Of a stretch of 64,000 bases of DNA, positions 43,689-52,305 are shown piece by piece. The DNA is taken from NCBI GenBank assembly GCA_039584325.1, contig JBDGYA010000012.1, positions 3,544 to 67,543 of the forward strand. Direction: 5' to 3'. Position numbers and translations under genes: made by a program. A model generated the notes under the pieces. The model was given only the letters and a program-made list of their open reading frames with translations. It did no database searches and was not told the origin of the DNA. Within the stretch, counting starts at the first letter, position 1, and every line of letters starts with the position of its first letter. The stretch comes from Gemmatimonadota bacterium (GTDB lineage: Bacteria > Gemmatimonadota > Gemmatimonadetes > Gemmatimonadales > GWC2-71-9).

Positions 43689-46529
43689 TCAATTCGTCTG
43701 TTCCGGATACAGTGTCACCAGTACGTAGTTGTCCTGCCGCAGGTGCTGCCGAGCCGCGGATCGAACCACCTCGGCAGCGAGACTGTCGATCAGCTGTTCG
43801 TACGTGAGGATGTCTCGAACGTCGAGGCCAAGCTGATCGTAGGATACCAGCTGTCCGAGCCAGTAGCCGTTTTCCTCGAGGTTCCGCTCTCGGTCACGGC
43901 GCTGGATCTCGCGGACTTTGTCCAACTCCTCGGCTGCCGGACCCACCTGCTGCAGACTGTCGATCTGCGCGAATACCACTGCCGCCAGCTCATCTACCCG
44001 CTCGGGATCCGAGCCGAAGCCGATGCGCACGGCGTATTCCTCATCCGGGTAGCGTGAGGAGCTTGCGCTGACGCTCACCCCGTAGGTTCCACTCAGCTCT
44101 TCCCGCAGCCGCTCGCGAAGCCGAATGCGGAGTACCTCGCCCAGCGACGAAAGTGCGTACCGGTTCTCGCGCGTGTCCTCCATCGTTCCCGTGAACACGA
44201 TGACCGTCTGGCTCTTGGGCTCGACTCCGCGCATGACCGTCCGTCGCACCACTCCCTCCGGGGGGTCGATTCCTTCGTCACGCCACGTCTCCGCACGACC
44301 GGTAGATGGCAGTCCGCCGAGGTAGGTCGTCACCAACGGCCGCATTGCGTCCATCTCGAAGCTGCCAACGAAGACGAACGTGAAATCACCTGCATCCGCG
44401 AACCGCTCCCGGTAGAACACCATGGACGCGTCCAGGTCCAGCTCTGCGAGTCGCTCGGAGGTCATGGGCAACGCTCGGGGATGGTACTGCGCCAGCGTCA
44501 CCTGCACGGTGTCCTGGAACGCCGCGTCTGGACTGCGACTCCGGTTCTCGAGAAACGCCTCCAAGCGGGCACGATATGCCTGGAACGCATCGGGGTCGGT
44601 GCGCGGGGCCGTCACATAGAGGTAGATGAGCTGAACCAGGGTCTCGAGATCCTGGGGGGAGGCACTGCCAGATAGTCCTTCGTACAGCGACGAGATGTAC
44701 GGACTCACCCGAACCGCCTTGTCCGCCAGCACCTTCTGGAGATCGACGAGACTGAACTCTCCGACCCCACTCATGCCCACCGCGGACGATGCGGTCACCG
44801 CCGGGAGATAGGCGTCGTCGGGTGCAAGGGAGCTACCGCCGGGGCTCCAGGCACGAAACAGCACCTGATCGTCCTTGAAGTCCGTCGGCTTGAGCAGGAT
44901 CCGCACCCCGTTCGTCAGCCGCCAGATCGTGACGCCGACCTCCTCGACGACCTCCTCCTCGACAATCGCTCCCGGCGACGGGGGCTGCCCGACGAGCGGC
45001 GCATCCGCCACCAAATCCTCGTACGGTTCGATCACCGCCGCCGCGACGGACGCGAACACCCCCGTGAGCGCGCTCGCCTCAGGGACCAGGACTTCCGCTT
45101 TCTCCGGCGCGCTGACGGTGACGACCCGGTTGTGATCGGTGATCCAGCTGCGCGCCAGGCGATTGACCTCATCCAGCCGGACGGTGGGCAGGTACGTCTG
45201 GGCAAGCAGGAACTCGTATGGTATCCCCGGGATCGGCTCGTCGGATAGAAAGTGGCGTGCGTACTCGGAGGCGTACGCCACCGAGTTGGTCTTCTCCCGC
45301 TCCGCGTGCGCCTGTTCCATCCCCCTGAGCAACTCACGCTTCACCCGGTCCAGTTCGGTTTCGGTGAAGCCGAACCGTGCGACGCGCTCTGCCTCGGTGA
45401 GCAGTGCCGCCAAACCCGGGAGGACCTTACCGTCGGCGACGAGGGCCGCGAGGCTGTACACGTCCTTGGAGCGCACGAAGCTCCCGCCGCCAGCGAAGGC
45501 CCCGAGGAACGGCGGATCGGCCTTCTGCGTCAACTCGAACAGGCGCCGGTTGAACATCAAGTCGTACAGGCTCTCGACGAGCGACCGGCGGTATGCCCCG
45601 TGCGTTCCCTGCGGCTCCACCTCGCGCTTGAACAGCACACCGACCTGGGTTTGCGTGGCCTCGGGGTCGGTCGCCACCGCATAGAGCGTGTCCTCGTGGT
45701 CGGGCACGGCGAAGATCTCGCGGGGGCGAGGCTCCTCCGCGGGCGGAACGTCCTCAAAGTGCTCCCGCACCAGAATCTCGACCTCGGCGCCGTCGAAATC
45801 CCCGACGGCGACGACGGCCATGAGGTCCGGCCGATACCAGTCCCGATAGAAGCGCTCGACCGCCTCGTGCTCGAAGCTCTCGAGTGCTGGCCGCGTTCCG
45901 ATCGGTAGGCGCTCCGCGTAGCGCGACCCGCGGAAGACCACCGGAAGCTGCTTGTCCCGCATCCGCGCCGACGCGCCGCGGCCGAGCCGCCACTCCTCGA
46001 GCACCACCCCCCGTTCCAGTTCTATCTCCTCGGGATCGAGTAGCAGATTCGTCGCCCAATCCCGCAGCACCTGGAACGCTGTCTCGAGCACCTCACCCGA
46101 GTCGGTGGGGACGGTGAGCATGTACACGGTCTCGTCGAAGCTCGTGTAGGCATTCACCTCCGGACCGAAACGCATGCCGATGCCTTCCAAGTAGTCGATC
46201 AGCGCTTGTTTCGGGAAGTTGGCCGTCCCATTGAACGCCATGTGCTCCACGACATGGGCGACGCCCAGCTGATCGGTATCTTCGAGCACCGACCCCGCAT
46301 TGACGACGAGGCGGAGCTCCGCCCGGCTTTGGGGACGCTGATTCTCGCGGATGTAGTAGCGGATGCCGTTGGGCAGCGCACCGAGCGTGACGAGCGAATC
46401 CACGGGAACCGGCTCGGCCGCCGGGGGAGGGACGGACGGCGTATCCTGCGCGGAGACGACTGCCGGAGCACTGGCCAGCGCACACAGGAAGGACACCCAG
46501 AGGTGCCGCCTCGTCACGGTCGGTCGCAC
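43689..46529 (-). CDS. M16 (pitrilysin/insulinase) family peptidase, double-unit, secreted
   Basis: 946 aa with a signal peptide and the inverted zinc motif GVAHVVEHMAFNGT (HxxEH). Confidence 0.85.
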   Translation of the reverse strand: MRPTVTRRHLWVSFLCALASAPAVVSAQDTPSVPPPAAEPVPVDSLVTLGALPNGIRYYIRENQRPQSRAELRLVVNAGSVLEDTDQLGVAHVVEHMAFNGTANFPKQALIDYLEGIGMRFGPEVNAYTSFDETVYMLTVPTDSGEVLETAFQVLRDWATNLLLDPEEIELERGVVLEEWRLGRGASARMRDKQLPVVFRGSRYAERLPIGTRPALESFEHEAVERFYRDWYRPDLMAVVAVGDFDGAEVEILVREHFEDVPPAEEPRPREIFAVPDHEDTLYAVATDPEATQTQVGVLFKREVEPQGTHGAYRRSLVESLYDLMFNRRLFELTQKADPPFLGAFAGGGSFVRSKDVYSLAALVADGKVLPGLAALLTEAERVARFGFTETELDRVKRELLRGMEQAHAEREKTNSVAYASEYARHFLSDEPIPGIPYEFLLAQTYLPTVRLDEVNRLARSWITDHNRVVTVSAPEKAEVLVPEASALTGVFASVAAAVIEPYEDLVADAPLVGQPPSPGAIVEEEVVEEVGVTIWRLTNGVRILLKPTDFKDDQVLFRAWSPGGSSLAPDDAYLPAVTASSAVGMSGVGEFSLVDLQKVLADKAVRVSPYISSLYEGLSGSASPQDLETLVQLIYLYVTAPRTDPDAFQAYRARLEAFLENRSRSPDAAFQDTVQVTLAQYHPRALPMTSERLAELDLDASMVFYRERFADAGDFTFVFVGSFEMDAMRPLVTTYLGGLPSTGRAETWRDEGIDPPEGVVRRTVMRGVEPKSQTVIVFTGTMEDTRENRYALSSLGEVLRIRLRERLREELSGTYGVSVSASSSRYPDEEYAVRIGFGSDPERVDELAAVVFAQIDSLQQVGPAAEELDKVREIQRRDRERNLEENGYWLGQLVSYDQLGLDVRDILTYEQLIDSLAAEVVRSAARQHLRQDNYVLVTLYPEQTN

Positions 46530-46532
46530 GGT

Positions 46533-46970
46533 TCAGGTCCTGATGTCGAACATGTAGCTGTTCAGGTACTGGATCGTATCCGCCTGTTCCTCCGCCTGAT
46601 GCGCGAGCAGGTCCCCGCTGGTCACGATACCGCACAGGCCGTCCTCATCCACGACCGGAAGATGACGCACGCGCTTGTCGGTGATGAGCGCGCGTACCTC
46701 CTCGAGCGGCGCGCCGGGCTTACAGGTAATCACCGGGCTCGTCATGACCTCGCGCAACGGCGTCGTCGCCGGATCCAGCCTTTCGGCCACGACGCGTCGC
46801 AGGACATCACGCTCGGTGAAGATGCCGACGATGTCGTCGTCCTCGACCACGATGACGCCGCCGATTCGCATCTGATTCATCAGCTTCGCGGCCGTGAGCA
46901 CAGAGTCGTCGGGCACGATGGTGACGACGGTGGCACCTTTGCGGTCCAGAATGTCCTTCACGGTAGCCAT
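46533..46970 (-). CDS. CBS-domain pair protein
   Basis: ATG 46970 lies 9 nt after AAGGAG. The translation MATVKDILDRKG...IGGVIVVEDD.IVGIFTERDVLRR...VRHLPVVDEDG.LCGIVTSGDLL has two CBS motifs. A TACAAT -10-like box sits at 47006..47001. Confidence 0.8.
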   Translation of the reverse strand: MATVKDILDRKGATVVTIVPDDSVLTAAKLMNQMRIGGVIVVEDDDIVGIFTERDVLRRVVAERLDPATTPLREVMTSPVITCKPGAPLEEVRALITDKRVRHLPVVDEDGLCGIVTSGDLLAHQAEEQADTIQYLNSYMFDIRT

Positions 46971-47107
46971 GGGAGGGACTCCTTGATGAGTAGCCACTGC
47001 ATTGTAGAACATTCCGGCCCGGTTGCGCCAGCGTATCGGGGGCCGTGACTGTCTCGGAGGCCAGCACAGGCTCGGGTCGGAAGACCCGCCCGCAGACCCA
47101 ATCGCGG

Positions 47108-49171
47108 TCAGTGGCCTGACGACACGGGACCACCGATACCTGCCTCTGGATCGAGGCGTGCCAGGCGCATCGCGTTCAGCGTCACCGCGAGCGAGGCGCC
47201 CATATCGCCCACGAGCACCGCGACGAGGAGCGACACCGCGCCGAGCACCGCGCCGACGGCCAGCGCGATCTTGAGCGCCAACGCCATCGCAACGTTGAAG
47301 ATGATGACGCGGCGCGCCAGTTTGGCGATACGTACAGCGTAGGGGAGGATCCGGAGATCGTCGGCCATCAACGCGACGTCGGCGGTCTCGATCGTGGCAG
47401 GCGAGCCGGCCGCCCCCATAGCGATCCCAACGGTCGCCGTGGCCAGAGCCGGGGCATCATTCACCCCATCTCCGAGCATCGCGACGGTACCGTGATTCGC
47501 GAGGAGTCCCTTGACGGTTGCAACCTTCTCCTCCGGAAGCAGGCGGGCTCGCACATCGGTGATGCCCAAGCGGTCCGCAATGCTGCGGGCGACGAGCTCG
47601 TGGTCGCCGGTCACCATGATCCGTTCGTGCACCCCGAGGCGTCGGAGCTGGTCGAGAACCCAGGCCGCACCCGGTCTCGGCTGATCTGCGAGGGCGATCA
47701 TGCCGAGCAACCTGCCGTCGGTTCCGACGAGCACGACGGTTCTCCCCTCCTGCTCCAGCTCGGCAAAGCGATGCGGCAACGGGACATCGGGAAACAAGTC
47801 CGGCGATCCTACCCGCACCTCGCGACCATCCACCCGGGCGATGGCACCTCGGCCGATCCTCGACTGAAAACCGGACACTGTGTGGTTCGACCTACCCGCC
47901 GGTCGTCCTTTGGCGTACGCGACGATGGCCCGGGCGACGGGATGCTCCGAGCGTTGCTCCACCGCCACTGCGAGCCGAAGTACCTCCTCGGCGGGGACAC
48001 CCTCCAGCGGCTCGAGCGCGACCACCTCCAGCCGGCCCGCCGTCAAGGAGCCCGTCTTGTCGAATGCCATCGCACAGGTCTGCCCAAGCGCTTCGAGATA
48101 CTCCCCACCCTTGATCAGAACCCCATGGCGGGCTGCCGACGTGATGGCACTGATCACGCTGACCGGCGTCGCGATCACCAGAGCACACGGGCACGCGATG
48201 ACGAGTAGGGTGAGGCCCCGCGTGAACCACTCGAGGCCGCTCCCGAGCCCCAGCCACGGTGGGAGCGTCATGGTGAGTAGCGCGAGCCCAGTGACGGCAG
48301 GGGTGTAGTATCTGGCGAAGCGCTGCACGACCCGCTCGCTGGGAGAGCGCTGGGCCTGGGCTTGCCGCACCAGGCGCACGATGCGATCGAGCGTCGTATC
48401 GCCCGCGTCCGTACCAGCCTCTACCTCCAGATACCCGTCCGCGACCACCGTCCCGGCGAAGACCGTGTCGCCGATCATTTTGGTCGCCGGCAGCGATTCA
48501 CCCGTGACCGCAGACTCCTCCACCGCCGACTCCCCATCCACGACCCTGCCGTCGATGGGAATGATCTCCCCCAGCCGGACTCGCACCCGCTGACCTGTAC
48601 GCAGTCCGACAGCCGGTACGTCATGCTCCTCACCACCCTCGGTGATAACGCGTGCCCGGTCCGGCGCGAGCCGCACCAGCACCTCGATGGATTGGCGCGC
48701 CCGGGCAACTGCCGATGCCTCGAGCAACTCGGCCAGGGAGAACAAGGCGGCGATGGCTGCTGCCTCTACGGGCTCCCCGATCAGCAGCGCACCGATGATG
48801 GCCACGGTCATCAGGAAGTTCATATCCAGCCGTAGTCGCCGGACCGCACGAATGCCCTTGGGGAAGAAGTTCCAGCCACCAACGAGCGCGCCTGCGAGCA
48901 GCACGAGGCCGGGCAGGTCGATGCGCAGATGGAGCCAGGCGGCTTCGTGCGTATCGCCCACCAGGAGTGCCGCAACCGACCCGGCAATCCAAAGGCCTCC
49001 GGCTACATAGGTGCGTCGGGCTTCCGCCGTTTGCCAGACGGAGCGACGCGACATCACTGAGTTGCCATTCGCACGCGAGCCCTCACAAACGCCTCCGGCA
49101 CCAACCAAGGCAGCAGTCACGGACATGGGTCCGCAATGACGATGACTGCTGCCGCGGCGGCGGACGCGCAA
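47108..49171 (-). CDS. P1B-type heavy-metal translocating ATPase (CPC type, Zn/Cd/Pb-like); no N-terminal HMA domain seen
   Basis: TGESLP, CPCALVIATP, DKTGSLT and GDGVNDAPAL are all present. The start is uncertain: TTG 49171, ATG 49126 or ATG 49054. Confidence 0.85.
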   Translation of the reverse strand: MRVRRRGSSHRHCGPMSVTAALVGAGGVCEGSRANGNSVMSRRSVWQTAEARRTYVAGGLWIAGSVAALLVGDTHEAAWLHLRIDLPGLVLLAGALVGGWNFFPKGIRAVRRLRLDMNFLMTVAIIGALLIGEPVEAAAIAALFSLAELLEASAVARARQSIEVLVRLAPDRARVITEGGEEHDVPAVGLRTGQRVRVRLGEIIPIDGRVVDGESAVEESAVTGESLPATKMIGDTVFAGTVVADGYLEVEAGTDAGDTTLDRIVRLVRQAQAQRSPSERVVQRFARYYTPAVTGLALLTMTLPPWLGLGSGLEWFTRGLTLLVIACPCALVIATPVSVISAITSAARHGVLIKGGEYLEALGQTCAMAFDKTGSLTAGRLEVVALEPLEGVPAEEVLRLAVAVEQRSEHPVARAIVAYAKGRPAGRSNHTVSGFQSRIGRGAIARVDGREVRVGSPDLFPDVPLPHRFAELEQEGRTVVLVGTDGRLLGMIALADQPRPGAAWVLDQLRRLGVHERIMVTGDHELVARSIADRLGITDVRARLLPEEKVATVKGLLANHGTVAMLGDGVNDAPALATATVGIAMGAAGSPATIETADVALMADDLRILPYAVRIAKLARRVIIFNVAMALALKIALAVGAVLGAVSLLVAVLVGDMGASLAVTLNAMRLARLDPEAGIGGPVSSGH

Positions 49172-49307
49172 GCGTCGCGTTGCTCACACACGCATGTTCA
49201 CGCGCCGCAAACTGTTGAACAGCATTGAGTTAACCCCAACTCGACCGTCACCAACCTCGCTCCATCTTGGGATCCCGATTAGATTGCCCGTGTATGATGG
49301 GACCGAT

Positions 49308-49646
49308 ATGAAGCACCGCTCGATCGTCCGACGGGCGTTCGCCCTGATCGCGGCAGCGGCACTCATAGCCCCGGCTTTCGCCGCCATCGAGTGCGGCCGA
49401 GGTGAATGCTGTGCGTCCATTGCAGCGACGCACATGCACCACGGGGAGTCGGATGCCGTGACGCCGACTGACGCAGCTGACGGGTGTTCTGTGATGTCGG
49501 CATGTGCACTCGCCCTGTCTGCAGCGGTGCCTCACGCGACGGCGACAGTCGTCCTGGCACCTGACGGTGACATCGCGGATCCCACCATGCCGGCCGCATT
49601 CCAGTCCTTCCTCGGGTCTCCGAGCGGCCCCCCTCCTAGAGCCTGA
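49308..49646 (+). CDS. small secreted Cys/His-rich protein leading the metal-efflux operon
   Basis: MKHRSIVRRAFALIAAAALIAPAFAA (signal peptide), then IECGRGECCASIAATHMHHGE...DGCSVMSACALA...GPPPRA. It sits on the same strand as, and 98 nt upstream of, the TolC-like gene. Confidence 0.55.
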   Translation: MKHRSIVRRAFALIAAAALIAPAFAAIECGRGECCASIAATHMHHGESDAVTPTDAADGCSVMSACALALSAAVPHATATVVLAPDGDIADPTMPAAFQSFLGSPSGPPPRA

Positions 49647-49744
49647 CCCCTTCCTACCCGTAGTGTGTCCGCGAGCCGCACACGTGATGCGGCTGGCGGC
49701 GATCGTGACCATCTGCAGAGCGAACTGTAGGAAGTGAACGCATC

Positions 49745-51055
49745 ATGAAGAAAAGGAACGGACCCATGGCCGATTGGCGATCGGGACGGGCTGCGCAGGC
49801 CCGTGCCACGCTGATCCTCGTGGCCGTGTTGACGTCACTGCCCGGGCCGCCGTCGCTCGCCCAGCAGCCGGATACCCTGCATGTGGACGAGGCGATCGCC
49901 CTTGCACGTCAGGACAACCCCCGACTCCAAGCCTCCCGACTCATGGCGGATGCCGCCGCGGAGCGAATCGGCCCCGCAGGGGCCTGGTCGGACCCAACGC
50001 TCTCGTTCGGGCTGATGAACCGGCCGCTCAACGGCTTCGGCACCGATGAGCCGATGACGATGAACAGCATCCAGCTCAGCCAACGGATTCCGTGGCCCGG
50101 CAAGTTGGGCTTCGCGCGAGAGCGCGCCGAGTTGCTGGCCGATGCGCAGGCGCTCGATGCGCTGGAGATCGAGCGACAGCTCCTTGCCCGGATCCGGAGC
50201 GTGTACTTCCGGCTGGCGTTCATGGATCGCGCGCTGGCCGTGATGCGCGAGACGCGGGACCTGCTGCGCGATTTCTTGGACGTCTCCTCCACCCGGTACG
50301 CCGTGGGGGAGGGCATCCAACAGGACGTCCTGCAGGCCCAGGTTTCCGTGGCCCGCATGACCGAGGACATCACGGTGATGGAGCAGGACCGCGTGGCCCT
50401 GGCTGCCCGGCTCAACGCACTGCTCGGGCGCCCCGCGACCGTCCCGGTCGGCGCCTTGGAACTGTCTGACCCAGCCATGGGAATCCCCCCAGTCGATTCG
50501 CTGATGATCCGGGCTGTCGTGGAACGTCCTGCCCTGGAGGCAGCCCGGCAGCGGACGCTCGCAGCCGAGGCGGGATACCGCAATGCGCGCCGCCAGCTGT
50601 ACCCCGACTTCACGATATCACTGAGCTACGGACAACGGCCTCAGTTCACGGACATGGCGACGATCATGGTCGGAGTGAGCGTACCGATCTTTGCGGGCAG
50701 CTCCCACCTGCCATTGCGCCGCGAGATGGCCGCCGCGCAGGCGGCCCAGGAAGCTCAGGAGCAGGACCTGTACAACGAGACCTTCGCACGGATCACGGAG
50801 CTGAGGGCGGATGCCGAACGCGCCGCGCGTCTCGTGCGGCTCTATGCGGACGCGATCCTGCCGCAGGCGCATGCGGCCGTCGAGTCGGCATTCTCCGCCT
50901 ACCGCGTAGGCCGGGTGGATTACATGACACTGGTTGAAAACGAGATGACAGTGAACCGATACGAGATCGAGTCACTCAGGCTGTCCGCGGACTACCAGCG
51001 GGCGATCGCCGAGCTGGAGGCACTTGTCGGCGGTACGATCGGAGGAACCCAATGA
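49745..51055 (+). CDS. TolC-family outer-membrane efflux protein (CzcC/CusC-like)
   Basis: 436 aa with a signal peptide and two OEP repeats (...NPRLQA...RYAVGEGIQQDVLQAQV...YRVGRVDYMTLVE...). Confidence 0.85.
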   Translation: MKKRNGPMADWRSGRAAQARATLILVAVLTSLPGPPSLAQQPDTLHVDEAIALARQDNPRLQASRLMADAAAERIGPAGAWSDPTLSFGLMNRPLNGFGTDEPMTMNSIQLSQRIPWPGKLGFARERAELLADAQALDALEIERQLLARIRSVYFRLAFMDRALAVMRETRDLLRDFLDVSSTRYAVGEGIQQDVLQAQVSVARMTEDITVMEQDRVALAARLNALLGRPATVPVGALELSDPAMGIPPVDSLMIRAVVERPALEAARQRTLAAEAGYRNARRQLYPDFTISLSYGQRPQFTDMATIMVGVSVPIFAGSSHLPLRREMAAAQAAQEAQEQDLYNETFARITELRADAERAARLVRLYADAILPQAHAAVESAFSAYRVGRVDYMTLVENEMTVNRYEIESLRLSADYQRAIAELEALVGGTIGGTQ

Positions 51056-52305
51056 GGAGGACAATTGCAGCGGTCGTGGTGGCCGTCGCCCTTGTAGGCG
51101 CGTGCGGCATTTCGGACGAGGAAGGCACGCCGATGGCCGGCATGACTGCCGAGGAACACGCGAGGATGCAGGCGGGGGGAACACAGGGCGCGGTGGACTC
51201 GACCGGCGCAGCCCTGCGGGAGATGGTGCACCTGACCGACGATCAGGAGCGGGCACTCGGCGTCATCTACGCGATCGCCGAGCGGGGGCCGCTGACCAGG
51301 ACCCTCCGGACCGTGGGACGGATCGACGCTCCTGAGCCCAGGATCGTCGACGTTACCCCAAAGATCGACGGGTTCGTGGAGGATCTGTTCGTCAACTACA
51401 CGGGGGAGAGCGTACGTCGGGGTCAGCCACTCCTCACTATCTACAGTCCCCTCATGGTCGCCGCCCAGGAGGAGTTGCTCACCGCTCGACGCATGCTCGA
51501 CCGCGTTGACTCCAGCGCCACCGACGCCTGGCACAACGCAGTGAACATGCTCAACGCCGCACGGCGCCGCCTCGAGTACTGGGACGTGACCGACGAGCAA
51601 GTCCTCTCCATCGAAGAGTCGGGCGAGGTCCGGAAAGCTCTCACCCTGGTGGCTCCCTTCAGCGGGATCGTGCTCGAGAAGGACGTGCTGCAGGGCCAGC
51701 GGGTCGTGGCCGGTCAGCGGCTGTACCGCATCGCCGACATCACCGAGGTCTGGGTGGAGGGAGACGTGTTCGAGCAGGATCTGCAGTTCGTGCATGTCGG
51801 TCAGCAGGCGCATATCGAGGTCGCCGCCTATCCGGGTGAGCACCTCATGGGCCGCGTGAGCTTTGTCTACCCGACCGTCGACGAAGCGAGCCGGGCGAAC
51901 AGGATCCGGGTTACCGTGCCGAACCCCGGGTTACGCCTGAAGCCCGGGATGTTCGCCACCATCTTTCTCGACGCAACCATCGGCGGCGACGTGCTGACCG
52001 TGCCGCTCGATGCGGTCATCATCACTGGCGAGCGCAATGTCGTCTTCCTCCGGGAGACGGACGGCGTGCTCAAGCCGCGCGAGGTCGTGCTCGGTGCACG
52101 GGCTGGCGATCGTGTGCAGATCCTCGCTGGGCTGGCTGAGGGTCAGACCGTCGTCGCAGCGGCGAACTTCCTGGTGGACGCAGAGTCGCGACTGGCCAGT
52201 ACCGGCGGCAGCATGCCCGGCATGCAGCACACCGGGCACGCGACGGTGATCGAGCCGGAGGCGGAGCAGCCGCCACAGGATACATCGGAACACCGCCATG
52301 ATTAA
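51052..52305 (+). CDS. efflux RND periplasmic adaptor (CzcB/CusB-like)
   Basis: ATGA overlap with the upstream gene and a GGAGGA SD. Lipoyl-like motif FVEDLFVNYTGESVRRGQPLLTIYSP, plus ...GMFATI... Confidence 0.85.
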   Translation: MRRTIAAVVVAVALVGACGISDEEGTPMAGMTAEEHARMQAGGTQGAVDSTGAALREMVHLTDDQERALGVIYAIAERGPLTRTLRTVGRIDAPEPRIVDVTPKIDGFVEDLFVNYTGESVRRGQPLLTIYSPLMVAAQEELLTARRMLDRVDSSATDAWHNAVNMLNAARRRLEYWDVTDEQVLSIEESGEVRKALTLVAPFSGIVLEKDVLQGQRVVAGQRLYRIADITEVWVEGDVFEQDLQFVHVGQQAHIEVAAYPGEHLMGRVSFVYPTVDEASRANRIRVTVPNPGLRLKPGMFATIFLDATIGGDVLTVPLDAVIITGERNVVFLRETDGVLKPREVVLGARAGDRVQILAGLAEGQTVVAAANFLVDAESRLASTGGSMPGMQHTGHATVIEPEAEQPPQDTSEHRHD

